Shown here piece by piece: positions 48,717 to 60,017 of a stretch of 64,000 bases of DNA (its first letter is position 1; the number at the start of each line of letters is the position of its first letter). This DNA comes from Terriglobia bacterium (GTDB lineage Bacteria > Acidobacteriota > Terriglobia > Versatilivoradales > Versatilivoraceae). The notes beneath the pieces were generated by a model, which made no database searches, had not been told where the DNA came from, and saw nothing but the letters and a program-made list of their open reading frames with translations. Position numbers and translations under genes: made by a program. The stretch spans positions 1,953,649 through 2,017,648 of the forward strand of contig OZ244053.1 in the NCBI GenBank assembly GCA_965215235.1, given 5' to 3'.

Positions 48717-49715
48717 TCAGTAAGCCCAGCGAAGCAGAGCTGTGCCGACGGTGAAACCCGCGCCGACCGAGGCCAGGAGCACCACATCTCCCTTGACCAG
48801 CTTGTTGTCCGAAAGAGCATCTCTAATGGCCAAGGGAATGGTGGCCGCAGTGGTGTTACCATACTTCTGCAGGTTCAAGATCACCTGATCCTCATGCAAA
48901 CCGAGGCGTTCAGCTGTACCTCGAATAATACGGGCATTGGCTTGATGAGGAATGAGCAGTCGGAGATCCCGGGGTGACAGGTGGTTCTTCTCCAGGACGG
49001 TCCGGCTGGCCTCCTCCATTTTTCGGGTGGCAAACTTGAAAACAGGTTGACCCTCCTGTTTCACGTAGTGCAAGCGCTGTTTGACGGTCTCACAACTGGG
49101 CGGCATCAAACTACCGCCAGCCGGCATGCAGAGGCTGCTTCCCCCCGAACCATCGATCTCGTGATGGGCGTCAATAAAGGAATTCTCGGGCTGGGCCGCC
49201 GGCTCCAGTAGGATTGCTCCGGCTCCATCACCGAAGAGAACGCAAGTATTGCGATCCTGATAGTCAATGATCCGGGACATGGCATCGGCCCCCACCACGA
49301 CCACGCGGCGATGCATGTTGGAGGCGACAAAGGCTACACCTGCTGACAGCGCATAGACAAAACCACAACAGGCGGCTGACAGATCAAATCCCCAGGTCCG
49401 GGAAATTCCAAGCTTGTCTTGCACCAGGCAAGCGGTCGCCGGGAAGTGCATGTCCGGGGTCACGGTGGCGATAATCAGCACTTCGATCTCTTGGGGATCC
49501 ATCCCGGTCGAGTCGCAGAGGGACTTGACCGCCTCTACGGCCATGTCAGAAGTAGCTTTTCCCTGATCGAGAATATGGCGCTGGGCGATGCCGGTTCTCT
49601 GCAAGATCCATTCATCTGAGGTATGCACCATCTTCTCGAGGTCTTGATTGGTGAGACGCCCCTCGGGCACATGACAACCAACACCACTGATCTGAACAGG
49701 GCAAGCAGATCTCAT
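48717..49715 (-). CDS. fabH: 3-oxoacyl-ACP synthase III (FabH)
   Basis: Active-site Cys context (GFDLSAACCGFVYAL), His/Asn motifs (IPHQANARII) and the characteristic N-terminus. Confidence 0.9.
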   Translation of the reverse strand: MRSACPVQISGVGCHVPEGRLTNQDLEKMVHTSDEWILQRTGIAQRHILDQGKATSDMAVEAVKSLCDSTGMDPQEIEVLIIATVTPDMHFPATACLVQDKLGISRTWGFDLSAACCGFVYALSAGVAFVASNMHRRVVVVGADAMSRIIDYQDRNTCVLFGDGAGAILLEPAAQPENSFIDAHHEIDGSGGSSLCMPAGGSLMPPSCETVKQRLHYVKQEGQPVFKFATRKMEEASRTVLEKNHLSPRDLRLLIPHQANARIIRGTAERLGLHEDQVILNLQKYGNTTAATIPLAIRDALSDNKLVKGDVVLLASVGAGFTVGTALLRWAY

Positions 49716-50099
49716 TGAGCGGATCTCCTAAAGGTTTGGGGAATGGTTGACCCGGAAACGAGCCCACCCCCCATGCGGAGAGGACGGGCATGGGCGCCTA
49801 TCTTAGGCTAACCTACTGCAAATGTAAATGATCTGGAGATCCTGTGGATGACTCACTCTAATTGGCCTACCAAGTAAACAGGACCGCACCCGCTGGTAAT
49901 TCAAGACGAAAAACCGCCTCGGACAGTCTTTCACTCTTTGCCTGAAGTCTGACATCGAGTGTCCCTGACAAGGCATCGGCCCAGTTTGAATCATTGAATT
50001 CCAAGATCGATCTGATATTGCATTGACAGGAGACAAACGGGTGTGTTAACTCTGCTGAATCCGTTGAGGCTCGAGATTTGGAGGCAGCCAAGACCAAGA

Positions 50100-50468
50100 A
50101 TGGAAAGACTCTTCTCCGTCGCAGAGGCTAACGCGCTGCTCCCCCGGCTCAGGCAATTGTTGAGTCGAGTTCAGTCCGAGAAACAACGGTTAGTCGCCAT
50201 GAAACCAACCGTGGAAGGCGCTCAGGAGGGTCATATGCGTGACTGGGGAACACCTCAGGGTCCCGCCTACATCAGTATCCTGGAAAACTTTCAGGAGAGC
50301 CTCCGCAACATCGAGGAGTTAGGAGTCCTGGTCAAGGATTTCGATGCAGGGCCTCTGTGACTTTCCCCACAAACGCGATGGCCGCGTGGTTTATCTCTGC
50401 TGGAAACTCGACGAAGAAGAAATTGCCTGGTGGCATGACCTCAACGCCGGTTTCGCCGGCCGACAGCC
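50100..50468 (+). CDS. DUF2203-like small protein; frame interrupted at gggCCtctg (~50350)
   Basis: Frame 1 reads [18 protein letters not shown]...[13 protein letters not shown] +1 shift gives [40 protein letters not shown]. Removing one C restores a single ORF. Confidence 0.5.
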
Positions 50469-50491
50469 TCTTTGACCCCCATCCACCAAGA

Positions 50492-51409
50492 TCAAAGCGA
50501 TTCCATCGGCCCGAAGCCGACGAGTTCCTGTTCCAACTCCAGCTTTATCTGAAACTGCCTCAGAACCTCGGTCCGGGCCAACCGAATCAGACCCAGGACA
50601 TCGGCGGCCCTGGCGCCCCCTAGATTAATCACGATTCCGGCATGCTTGGGTGAGATCTGCGCCCGACCGAGAATTTTTCCTTTGAGACCTGCGTCCTCGA
50701 TGAGCCTCCCGGCGTAGTGCCCGGGAGGTCTTTTAAACACACTGCCGGCAGTGGGGTACTGCCACGGCTGGCGCTGTCTTCGCCGAGCCAGGATTTCCTC
50801 ACGGGTGATGAAAAGGGGTTCCTTGGAACCCGGGGGGAAACGAAAGGTCGCCCCGGTAATGTAAGTCTCCCGGATGCGAAGTGCCCGGCGGTAAGAGAAG
50901 TTCACTTCATCCTTCTGCAGAACCTTGAAGCGCCCCTGGCAATTCAGGCACTCAACGTTGACCAGGTGGTCGGAGATCTCCGCCCCGAAGGCGCCTGCGT
51001 TCATTCTCAGAGCACCCCCCAAGGATCCCGGAATACCCGAAAGACACTCCAAACCCGCCAATCCCCGCCTTAAGCAAGCTTTAACGAAGTCATCCAACAC
51101 CAAACCGGCGCCGGCGGTCACTATCCCATCCCGGAAGGACAGACCATTGAACCGGCTGAGATGAACGACTACGCCCGAAAAACCCTGATCGCTGACCAAC
51201 AGGTTGGCCCCACCTCCCAGTACAAAGCTGGGCAGCTTTTTTGCGACCAGGTAGGCATTCAGGTTGCGCAAGTCCTCCAGGTCCTCGGGGCAGACCAACA
51301 ACCGCGCTTCCCCGCCGATCCTGTAGGTGGTGCGTTCTTGCAGTGAGACCTTGGCTAAAACCTCTCCCCTCAGGAGTTGCCTCAGTTCCTCGTGGACACT
51401 TGCGCTCAC
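50492..51409 (-). CDS. murB: UDP-N-acetylenolpyruvoylglucosamine reductase MurB
   Basis: FAD-binding domain (RIGGEARLLV...GGGANLL) and the MurB C-terminal domain (GSVFKRP...AGRLIE). Confidence 0.9.
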   Translation of the reverse strand: MSASVHEELRQLLRGEVLAKVSLQERTTYRIGGEARLLVCPEDLEDLRNLNAYLVAKKLPSFVLGGGANLLVSDQGFSGVVVHLSRFNGLSFRDGIVTAGAGLVLDDFVKACLRRGLAGLECLSGIPGSLGGALRMNAGAFGAEISDHLVNVECLNCQGRFKVLQKDEVNFSYRRALRIRETYITGATFRFPPGSKEPLFITREEILARRRQRQPWQYPTAGSVFKRPPGHYAGRLIEDAGLKGKILGRAQISPKHAGIVINLGGARAADVLGLIRLARTEVLRQFQIKLELEQELVGFGPMESL

Positions 51410-51566
51410 TCGACTCTCTCCGATCCTGACCGCAAAAGAATCCCACCATCACAATGCTGCCATCAAAAATCCCACAATCAAAAATCAGCAATCCGCATTT
51501 GTCTTGGTAGCGCTGCAGGTGGCCCGCATCGTCTCTCTTCTGTTCACCGATCCCGCGAGCAAAGCT

Positions 51567-52700
51567 TCAGAACCCACCCCCTCTTCTTAGCCTCTCAAAC
51601 CGTTCAATTTCGCTCCGGGCGCGCTCCGGCTGGCCGTTTTCGCGGTAAAGCTGGCCTACCAGATAATAAGCATCGATAAACTCCGCATCCAGTTCAATGC
51701 ACTTCCGGACCGATGCGATTGCTTTTTCCGTTTCACCCAGACCGCGGTAGACTTTAGCCAAAGCATATTGCAGGTCGGGTGTGTCAGGTCTTTCCTTTTC
51801 GGCCTGCACGAGGTGACCCAAGGCCATCTTCAGCCGGCCGCTTTTTTCCAGAAGCTCACCCAGTTCCAGTCGGGCATACCAGTGATCAGGGTACTGCCTC
51901 ACTTCAGTCTCCAGCGCCTCGATGGCTTGCTGCACGGACCCAACGTCGAAGAGCATCACAGAAAGGTGGTAATGGATCCAGGAGTAACTGGGATCCTTTT
52001 GAGCGATGGCTCTGAACTGCTGGAGGGCCAAATCATGCCGGCTCTGCTCGTAGTAGGTTCTTCCGAGATGGAGTCGCGCCTCCAAGTGGTTGGGGTCGAG
52101 TTCTACGGCCCGCTTCAGAGTTTTCAGAGTCTCTTCCTCAGTTCCCACCACGGGCACGGGAAACATTCGCCAAAGCAAGAGCAGTTGCTCATCAGAGGAT
52201 CCAGGGGCCAGCCGTTCCTTCTTCTCTTGCACCAGCATGGCTCCCAGGCTGTATTGGAATTCGGCGTTGTTTGGATCCAAAGTAACTGCTTCGCGCAATT
52301 GAACTCTTGAATCATTGAACTGCTTAAGCTCCATCAGAACCAATCCGTAGAGGTGGCGGTAACTTGCCTGGTTGGGGCGTTCCTCCACGGCTTTCTGCGC
52401 TGCCAGCATGGCCAGCAGATATTCCTCATTGTCAAACTTCTTTCTTGCCTCCAGGTAGGAAGGAGAGTCGGAAGCATGGAGCGCGCCGGCTAGCCAAAAC
52501 AAGCTGCCAAAGGTCAGTCCAGCCCAAAAGAAGCGAGCCACGTCATTGCATCCGGTAAGCCGTTTGGAGAGCGGCGTGGATGTGAAACACAGCGTCAACA
52601 GACCCATGACGCCCGGTGGCCCCGACTTCCCTTGAGAGCGGAGCCCGGGGGTCTCTTCTGCGCTTTCCCATGGCGCCGAGCGGCGTATTCTGCCAATCAT
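51567..52700 (-). CDS. TPR-repeat protein (probably an N-terminal membrane anchor or lipoprotein)
   Basis: Multiple TPR units (AEFQYSLGAML, LEARLHLGRTYYEQ, YARLELGELLEKSG, IDAYYLVGQLYRENG). The start is probably the internal ATG at ~52607. Confidence 0.7.
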   Translation of the reverse strand: MIGRIRRSAPWESAEETPGLRSQGKSGPPGVMGLLTLCFTSTPLSKRLTGCNDVARFFWAGLTFGSLFWLAGALHASDSPSYLEARKKFDNEEYLLAMLAAQKAVEERPNQASYRHLYGLVLMELKQFNDSRVQLREAVTLDPNNAEFQYSLGAMLVQEKKERLAPGSSDEQLLLLWRMFPVPVVGTEEETLKTLKRAVELDPNHLEARLHLGRTYYEQSRHDLALQQFRAIAQKDPSYSWIHYHLSVMLFDVGSVQQAIEALETEVRQYPDHWYARLELGELLEKSGRLKMALGHLVQAEKERPDTPDLQYALAKVYRGLGETEKAIASVRKCIELDAEFIDAYYLVGQLYRENGQPERARSEIERFERLRRGGGF

Positions 52701-52730
52701 GCCATCCAGATCCTCTCAGCGGTGCTGCAC

Positions 52731-54447
52731 CTAATAGGGTTCGAGAGCACCATCCTCTTTCAGTCGATATCTTCGATTTACCGCCACATCTTCAAATCTC
52801 TGGAGTTTTCCATCGGTCCAACGAACGTTGAGGATATTGATCTTTTTGGCTGCCCCCAGACCAAAATGGAGCCTCAAATCGTGGGTAGACTGATAGCTCG
52901 AACCGCCCCTGACCTCCCGCACCAACCGGTTTCCCTCTATTTGGACCGTAGCCCGAACTCCAATCGCCCTGCGGTTGGTCCGTACTCCTTCCAAACGCAG
53001 ATTCAGCCAGTGGCCGGTCTCACTACCGACCTCGTTGCGCAGCAGCCAGGGTTTGCCATCCAGGTTGTTGACAGCTACGTCCATATCTCCATCATTGTCA
53101 AAGTCGGCATAGGCCACCCCCCGGCTGGACCGGGGTTTCACCCGATCGAGGCCAGCCGAAACCTCACGAAACCGCCCCTCACCCAGGTTCTGAAACATCT
53201 GGGCGTGCTGATAGTAGGTGGTGTTCAGACTGAACTGATCGATCTGGGGGAAAAGGTGGCCATTGGCCACGAAGAGATCTTCCCAGCCATCATTGTCAAA
53301 GTCTACAAACCCCACTCCCCAGCCCAGAAACTTCCAACTGGGGAAGGCAATTTTGGCCGAGTAGGTCACATCTCGGAAACTTCCGTCACCCAGGTTTCGA
53401 TAGAGCGTGTTGTATTCATCGGAAAAATTACTTAGAAAAAGATCCAGAAAGCCATCGTGATCATAGTCGCCGAATTCTACCCCCATGCTCCCCTGGGCAA
53501 CGCCGTCATCGCTATAAGCCGCCCCCGAATGGGCGCCGACCTCCTCGAAAGCTCCGTCTCCTTGATTGCGAAAGAGGAAATTGGGCGTCTGATCGTTGGC
53601 CACGTAAATATCCGAATCCCCATCATTATCATAGTCGCCCCAGACGACTCCCAACCCATAGCAGGGTGTGACCTTGGCAATCCCAGCTTTCTCACTCACA
53701 TCAGTGAACGTCCCATCTCCGTTATTGTGATAGAGGACATCCGAATCCGTCGCCAGCCCCAGGGGACCGCAATGCACGACCATGGTGCGATAGAGGCACT
53801 CCATGGGAGGAGGCTTGCGGTGATCGAACCGAACGGTGCTGGTTACGTAGAGGTCCAGCCAACCGTCATGGTCATAGTCTGCAAATGCCGCGCTCATATT
53901 CCAGCGCCTGTCGCCCACACCGGACCGCACGGTGACATCGGTGAAAGTACCGTCCCCGTTATTGCGGTAAAGCGTGTTGGAGCCATAGTTGCAAAGATAT
54001 AAATCATCCCAGCCGTCGTTGTTATAGTCGCCGACCGCAACACCCATACCCCAGCTCCGGTCGCCCACTCCCGCCTTCGCGGTCACGTCGGTAAAGGTGC
54101 CGTCGCCATTGTTACGATAGAGGGCATTAGATACACTGCTTTTGCCTTGCAGCAACTCCGGCCAGCGCCCGCCGTTGACCAAGTAGAGGTCAGGCCAATC
54201 GTCTCGGTTGTAGTCCAGCCATGCGATGCCGCTACCCATGGCCTCCAGAATGTAGCGCTTCTCTTTGCTGCCGCTAACGTGCCGGAAACGCAGACCGGCC
54301 CTCTCCGGCGACATTCACGAAAGTAACTCCCATCGAAGGCAAAGGCTGTGCCGTGCCAACCATCCGATGGTTTGTTTCTGGCCACGCCGACCCGAAAACG
54401 AACAAGAACCCCACTAAAAAGCCCACCACCGTCTTGTTGATCTGCAT
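52731..54447 (-). CDS. CRTAC1-family (ASPIC/UnbV, FG-GAP/VCBS repeat) secreted protein; frame interrupted at a G-run (~54296-54300)
   Basis: Repeated DYNNDGWDDLYL / NTLYRNNGDGTFTDVT modules and a C-terminal UnbV_ASPIC domain. The true N-terminus is a signal peptide (MQINKTVVGFLVGFLFVFGSAWP...VTFVNVAGE) in a different frame. Dropping one G in gagGGccgg joins them. Confidence 0.8.
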
Positions 54448-54659
54448 CAGGTTCGTTTGTTTGGTTGTGCCGGCGCCGAGACGCCCGCAATCATAATCAA
54501 GTCGACAAAAAGCAGTAGCCGGGCATGAGCACCAGCCAAGAGGTCACCCCTTCTTGCTGGGCGCTTCGCCAAAGAGGACACGTCAGATATCGTTCGTTAG
54601 AAGTGACTCGGAAAGGGCTTCAAGAATACTTAGGTTGTGTTGATATTTGTGATTCAAGA

Positions 54660-54896
54660 CACTTTGAGACCTCTGCATAACGCTACGTTTCGGGTCGATG
54701 GGTCATCAGAAGGATTTCAGACAGGTCTTCTGTCCCTTTTTCCCTGCTGTTTCGGTCATTTTTATCCTGTTCGAGGCCGATTTTCGCCCTTCAGGCACAG
54801 TTACCCCGAGCCATCTGGCTCGGCTACCCCACAACAGCGTTTGCAGGTGTGAAGGGACGTTCCCCAGCTGCCTTGGGTGGCAATTATGCAGAGGTC
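54660..54896. repeat. MITE-like element B with the same 15 bp TIR (GAGACCTCTGCATAA) as element A, ~205 bp interior
   Basis: Left end ttGAGACCTCTGCATAAcgc at 54658-54677. Right end caaTTATGCAGAGGTCTCac at 54877-54896. The interior differs from element A but is again hairpin-rich (CCCCGAGCCATCTGGCTCGG). Confidence 0.5.
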
Positions 54897-55375
54897 TCAC
54901 TTTATGACAAAATGGCCCCCCAACAGGTCATTCTGAGGAGCCCTTCGCCTTGGCTCAGGAACGAAGAATCTAAAGCCTACGCCTCAAACAACCTACCATT
55001 TTAGATGCTTCACTCCGCTTCGCTGCGTTCAGAATGACATAAGATGAAATGTCAACACTGCCTAATCTCCTACCCTTTTTTACTGACCTCAACCCAGCTT
55101 CTTGGGGATTTCCGGCCTTCTTTCCTGGGTTTTTGCGGAAGCCATTGTTAATCGCATGTGGAGCTATTTTTTAGCCGAGGGATTGTTGATCCCGTGGATG
55201 ACTTCGGAGCGTAGCCGAACCCTGTTTAGCCGAACCAACGTACCTTCGCCGTCGAGCCGCTAACCAATGACGTGGACAAGGCGCGCTGGTGGTATTGATG
55301 TACAATGACGGCGAGTACAGTTGCTGAGACGCCTTAGAGCCAAGCCATTCTCGTCCCTCAAGAGAGGAAAAGCAA

Positions 55376-57066
55376 TGCCAGAAACAATCGAAGCCAAAGA
55401 ACTGGAACTGAATGGCATTTTCAGCGATGCGTATCTTTTCAAGATACCTGAGTATCCGCGTCCATATGCTTGGGCAACTGAACAGGTTATGAATTATTGG
55501 ATGACCTAATCCATGCGATGGGCAAGGCCAAGAATATAAAGGAGATGCCACACTACTTCCTTGGAAGCATCGTCATTATCAGAGACTCTACCTCACTGTC
55601 GTACATAGTTGACGGACAACAGCGCATTACAACTCTCACTATATTCTGTTCTCTATATTCTGTATTCTGTTTTGTGCGTTGCGTGAACTTTCCAACGAGA
55701 GAGATCGGATCACGCTTGATAGGTATGTTCGTGAAAATAGCAATCCTTTCGCCGCTATAGAAGGGCGTTTTAGGCTCAGCGTTCGGGAGCGTGATAGAAG
55801 CTTCTTTCAAGGCAAAGTGCAGGAGATGGGTAAGTTGCCTGACTTTCTCAACCATCCTCCCGCGAACTTGCCTGACAGCCGGCAGCGGATGTTTGAAAAT
55901 GCCAAATGGCTATGGAAAAAATCTCTCGAAACTTGACGAAGAACAACGTAACAGACTTACGAGTTTTCTTGTTCAGCGTTGCTATCTTGTTGTCGTTCCA
56001 GCATCTGACCAGAGTTCCGCTTACCGCATTTTCGCTGTTATGAATGACAGGGGACTTGATTTGTCCCCTACAGACATTCTGAAAGCAGAGATAGTCGGAG
56101 CGATGGACGAGAGCATCCGCTCTCAATATACGGAAATAGGACAAGACATCGAGGAGAAGCTTGGACGCGATAATTTCAGGAACCTCTTTGCCCATATACG
56201 CATGATTTACATGAAAAACAAGATGGGCGTGGAACTCTACAAGAAGAGTTCAAAGAGGGGGTATTAAAGAAATAGAAGGGAAGGAGTTCATTGACGATGT
56301 TCTCATCCCTTTTTCCAATGCCTATAAATAGTAACCAGTACAGGTTACAAAAGCGTGGACGGCGGCGATAAAGTCAATCAGTACCTGGAACACTTGAGAA
56401 GGTTTGACAACTCTGATTGGATTCCACCTGCGATGGCGTTCTTCAATTGCAAGAAAATGACACGGATAAACTCTTCCGGTTTGTTCGTGATCTGAAACGA
56501 CTGGGCCTATGGAATGTTTATCAGGCGGGCGAATATTGACGACCGCATAAATCGGCATGCAGACGTCCTTCGCGCGATAGAGAAAGGCTGAGGAACTTTT
56601 TGGGGATACGGCGCCACTTCAGCTTTCGCCCCAGGAGAAAACGGAGATTCTGCAAAAATTGGAGGGCCCCATTTCGACGAGAGTAGCCAAGCCACTCCTG
56701 TTGCGACTCGACAGTCTATTGGCCGATGCTGGAGCGGCTCATGAGCATAAGATAATCACTGTTGAGCATGTGCGCCGGCGGAATCCAAAAGAGGATTTGG
56801 AATGGCTCATGGGGTTCCCTGATGAAGAAGAAAGAGCGCAATGGACACATAAATTTGCCAATCCTGTGTTGCTGTCCCGCTATAAGAATGCGAGTGCACA
56901 AAACTTCGACTTTGACCAAAAGAAGAAAAAATATTTCCAGGGAAAAAGTTCGCCTTTCGCCCTCACTTCGCGAGTATTGAATGAAGCGGAGTGGGATCCG
57001 AAAGTGCTGGAGCGACGACAGCGTGAGCTGATTGATGAATTGAAGAAAGAATGGCGTTTGGGCTGA
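55376..57066 (+). pseudogene. GmrSD-like type IV restriction endonuclease gene (DUF262 + DUF1524) broken into at least five frame segments
   Basis: Segments read, in order: MPETIEAKELELNGIFSDAYLFKIPEYPRPYAWATEQV; DDLIHAMG...YIVDGQQRITTLTIF (DGQQR motif); LRELSNERDRITLDRYV...; ...FAVMNDRGLDLSPTDILKAEI...; and ...TVEHVRRRNPKED...ANPVLLSRYKNASAQNFDF... (DUF1524 HNH-like). One join needs an extra T in aattaTTgg. The region is ~45% GC. Confidence 0.6.
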
Positions 57067-57130
57067 CTGCATCGCGACAGGAGCGGAGTGAAAGGTCTGC
57101 TCGGGCCGATGCCACCCCACTTCTCAGACC

Positions 57131-59972
57131 ATGGAAATTTTAACGTGGCTCGCTAGAAAGTGGCCCCATTGTCTCCTGCTGACGGCTCTTCGCCTCACGG
57201 CGTGGGGGCAGGAAGACCCGCGTCAAGTCGTGGCTCAAAACTTCGAAAAGGCTCTGGCAGCGCGAGAAGAGGGTGAGCTTGAAATCGCGGAGAGTTACTA
57301 TCGGCTCAACTTAGGTACTGCTCTCGATCAACTCGGCGACATTCACTTCCGTTTGGGCGAGTTCGAGGTGGCTGAGCGCGCTTACACGGAAGCGCTGCGA
57401 GAGGTTCCCTTTTTTGAACCGCTGCTGGTCGACCTTGGCTATACCCGACTTTTTCAAGGCCGCTACCGGGAAGGCGTCCATGCGGTGGAATCTTTGCTCG
57501 ATCTGGCCCCTTCTTCAGCCAATATCGCCAGTGAGTCTCAGGACTTGGGCAAACTGAAGGAAACCCTCCCTCTGGCTCCTCTCCAAGCTCCGGCCCGCCA
57601 TTTGTTGGCCAAGCTCTTCTTGATGACTCAACGGGACAAGGAAGCAACGATCGAGTTAGAAAAGGTTCGGACACTCGGTCCCGGCGATTCGGATGTCCTG
57701 CTCACCCTGGCAGCGGCCTATTTGAAGCAACAGCAAGAGGCCCCAGCTCGTGCGATTTTCGAAAAGATGCAGAGCTCCCTGGGAGATTCCTACCTGCTCA
57801 GGCGACGCATGGGACGAGCCTACCAAGAGGCCGGCTACTGGAAGGAGGCCGTGGAAGAACTCCAACGAGCGCGTCAGCTTGCCCCGAAGTTTGTGCCAAT
57901 CCATTATGATCTGGGGTTGACCTATCTGTTGCAAGGCGAGATCGAGGAAGGGGTGACTGCCCTCAGAGCAGCCCTGGAGTTAAATCCTCGGCAGGCCACC
58001 ATCTGCTTTCTCCTTGGTTTTTGCTATGAGATCTTGGGCGCCAGAGCCAAAGCCTTTCTATTCTTGAACAACGCCCTCGTCATTGATCCCGACCAACCAT
58101 TGGCTCATCTTTTCCTGGGTCAACTCCGCTACCAGTTGAGGGACTTCCAGAAGGCGACCCCACGGCTCAGGAGGGCCGTCTCGTTGCTGGGTCAGACTGA
58201 CGAATCAAGGTCCGACCCGGACCGTGCCGCTTTGCAACTGACGGCTGCAGCGCACTATCTCTACGGGCAGAGTCTGCTGATGAGTTCTCCCCGATCATCA
58301 AACGAAGGGGCGCGTCATCTGGACACTGCCAAAAGTTTGATGGGCAACTCCAAAGAAAAAATCTCTCGGGTTGAGGGAGTTTCTGTTCCAACAGCCACGC
58401 AGTTCGACTTGAAGACCCTTCGAAGAGTCATTCAGGAGACTCGTACCCCCTTGGTTCTCCATCGACGCCGTCTCAGCCGGGAAGAGAGTGGGAGAGCCAA
58501 GAGACTGAGCAATGCCTACCGTAGTCTGACGTCTCGGGCCTATCGGTCTCTGGCTCTCGTCAACCTGAGGCGAGGAGATTTTCCAGCTGCGGGCCGGCAA
58601 TTCGAACTGGCCATCGCCTGGGATAATTCCCTGCCCGACCTCGAGCAGCATTTGGCCAGGACCCGTCTGATGGCATCCGAGAAACGGGGCGCTAAAGCCT
58701 TCGTCTTCTTTCTGGTCTCTGCCGCTCAATCCCAGGCCGGCTTGCAACGAGCCCGCTCCGCCTATCTCAACGGCGAGTACCTTTTGGCAGAAGAGATGCT
58801 TAAACGATCGGTTGCCTCCCAACCTGCGGACGTCCAGGCTCGCAGTCTCCTGGGCACCGTTTTGGCTGGGCAGCATCGGTTTGAGGAAGCTGAGAACGCC
58901 CTGACCGAGTGCCTCAAATTGGACCCGCAACACGCAGAGTCTTATTTGAATCTGTCAACCGTTTATCTGAGTCAAGGTCGCTTCGAAGAGGCCCTCGAAA
59001 TACTTCACAAGGGACGAAAAGCTCTGCCGCTGCCGGGAGAGCATCGGCTTTCACTGCGCCTAGCCAGGCTCTTTGGCAAGCTGAGACGCTCCAAGGAGGT
59101 GCTCGAATACCTCGCGCAGGTCCCAACGCAAGGGGCGCCCCGCAGCTACTTCGAGATCTTGGCTGACTTGCACGCCTCTTCCGGCCGTTACGCCAACGCT
59201 GCCGAGAGCTACCTTCAATACCTGCGAGGGCATCCGCAATCCGCCACTACGCTATACCAGCTTTCCAGGCTCGCCCGCCGGCAACGCAAAACCACCGAGG
59301 CCTTGCAATTTGCCACTCGGGCCAGAAAACTGGCTCCATATTCTCTCCAAATACTCTTTGAAACTGCTTTTGCCAGTCTGGGTCGGGGGCTTTCAGACCC
59401 AGCCATTTTGGTGCTGAAGCGTCTACGACTCATGGAGCCTGATAATCCCGAGTACTTATTCTTTCTCGGTCAGGCCCCTCAGCCGGCGTCGTGACAGCGA
59501 TGAGCTCAAGGAGGCGATTAAATGTTACCAGCGTTTCGTCGAGCTGAAACCACGCTCCTCCCAAGGACACGGCTTCTTGGGCTACTGCGCCTTTTTAACC
59601 AAGGATTATGGATTGGCGCAGAAGCACTTGGCCCTGAGTTTGAAACTGGATGCCGATCAGACCGCCCCCTACTTCTATCAGGGAATGATTGCTTACGAGC
59701 TGGGAGAAGACGCCAAAGCCCGCAAGTTGTTCCATCGGGTTTTGGAGAAACAGCCCAATCACGGGATGGCTCGACTGGGAATGGGGAGACTCCTTCTGAG
59801 AAGCCGCGAGTACAGCAGGGCTTTAGCTGAGCTTGAAACGGCAGCCGCTTTGCTCCCGAATCGTTCTGAAATCTACTATCAGCTCAGCTTGACTTACCGG
59901 CAACTGGGAGAGATGGAGAAGTTCCGCCAAGCGCTGCGACGCTATGAGGAATTGAAGCGTCAAGGTAGTTGA
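57131..59972 (+). CDS. Large TPR-repeat protein (~946 aa); frame interrupted at a C4 run (~59475)
   Basis: ORF 57131..59494 is all TPR. The frame-0 continuation ...DSDELKEAIKCYQRFVELKPRSSQGHGFLGYCAFLTKDYGLAQKHLALSL... through 59972 is also TPR. Removing one C in caggCCCCtcag joins them (LGQALSRRRDSDEL). Confidence 0.7.
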
Positions 59973-60017
59973 AGCGTCGGTCTGGGATTTGCCCATTCGA
60001 ATCAAGCTGGAGAGGCT

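Noticed and set aside
53457-54002. 181-aa + ORF, and similarly 60603..61220 on the minus strand
   Set aside because: Antisense to the two CRTAC1 genes.
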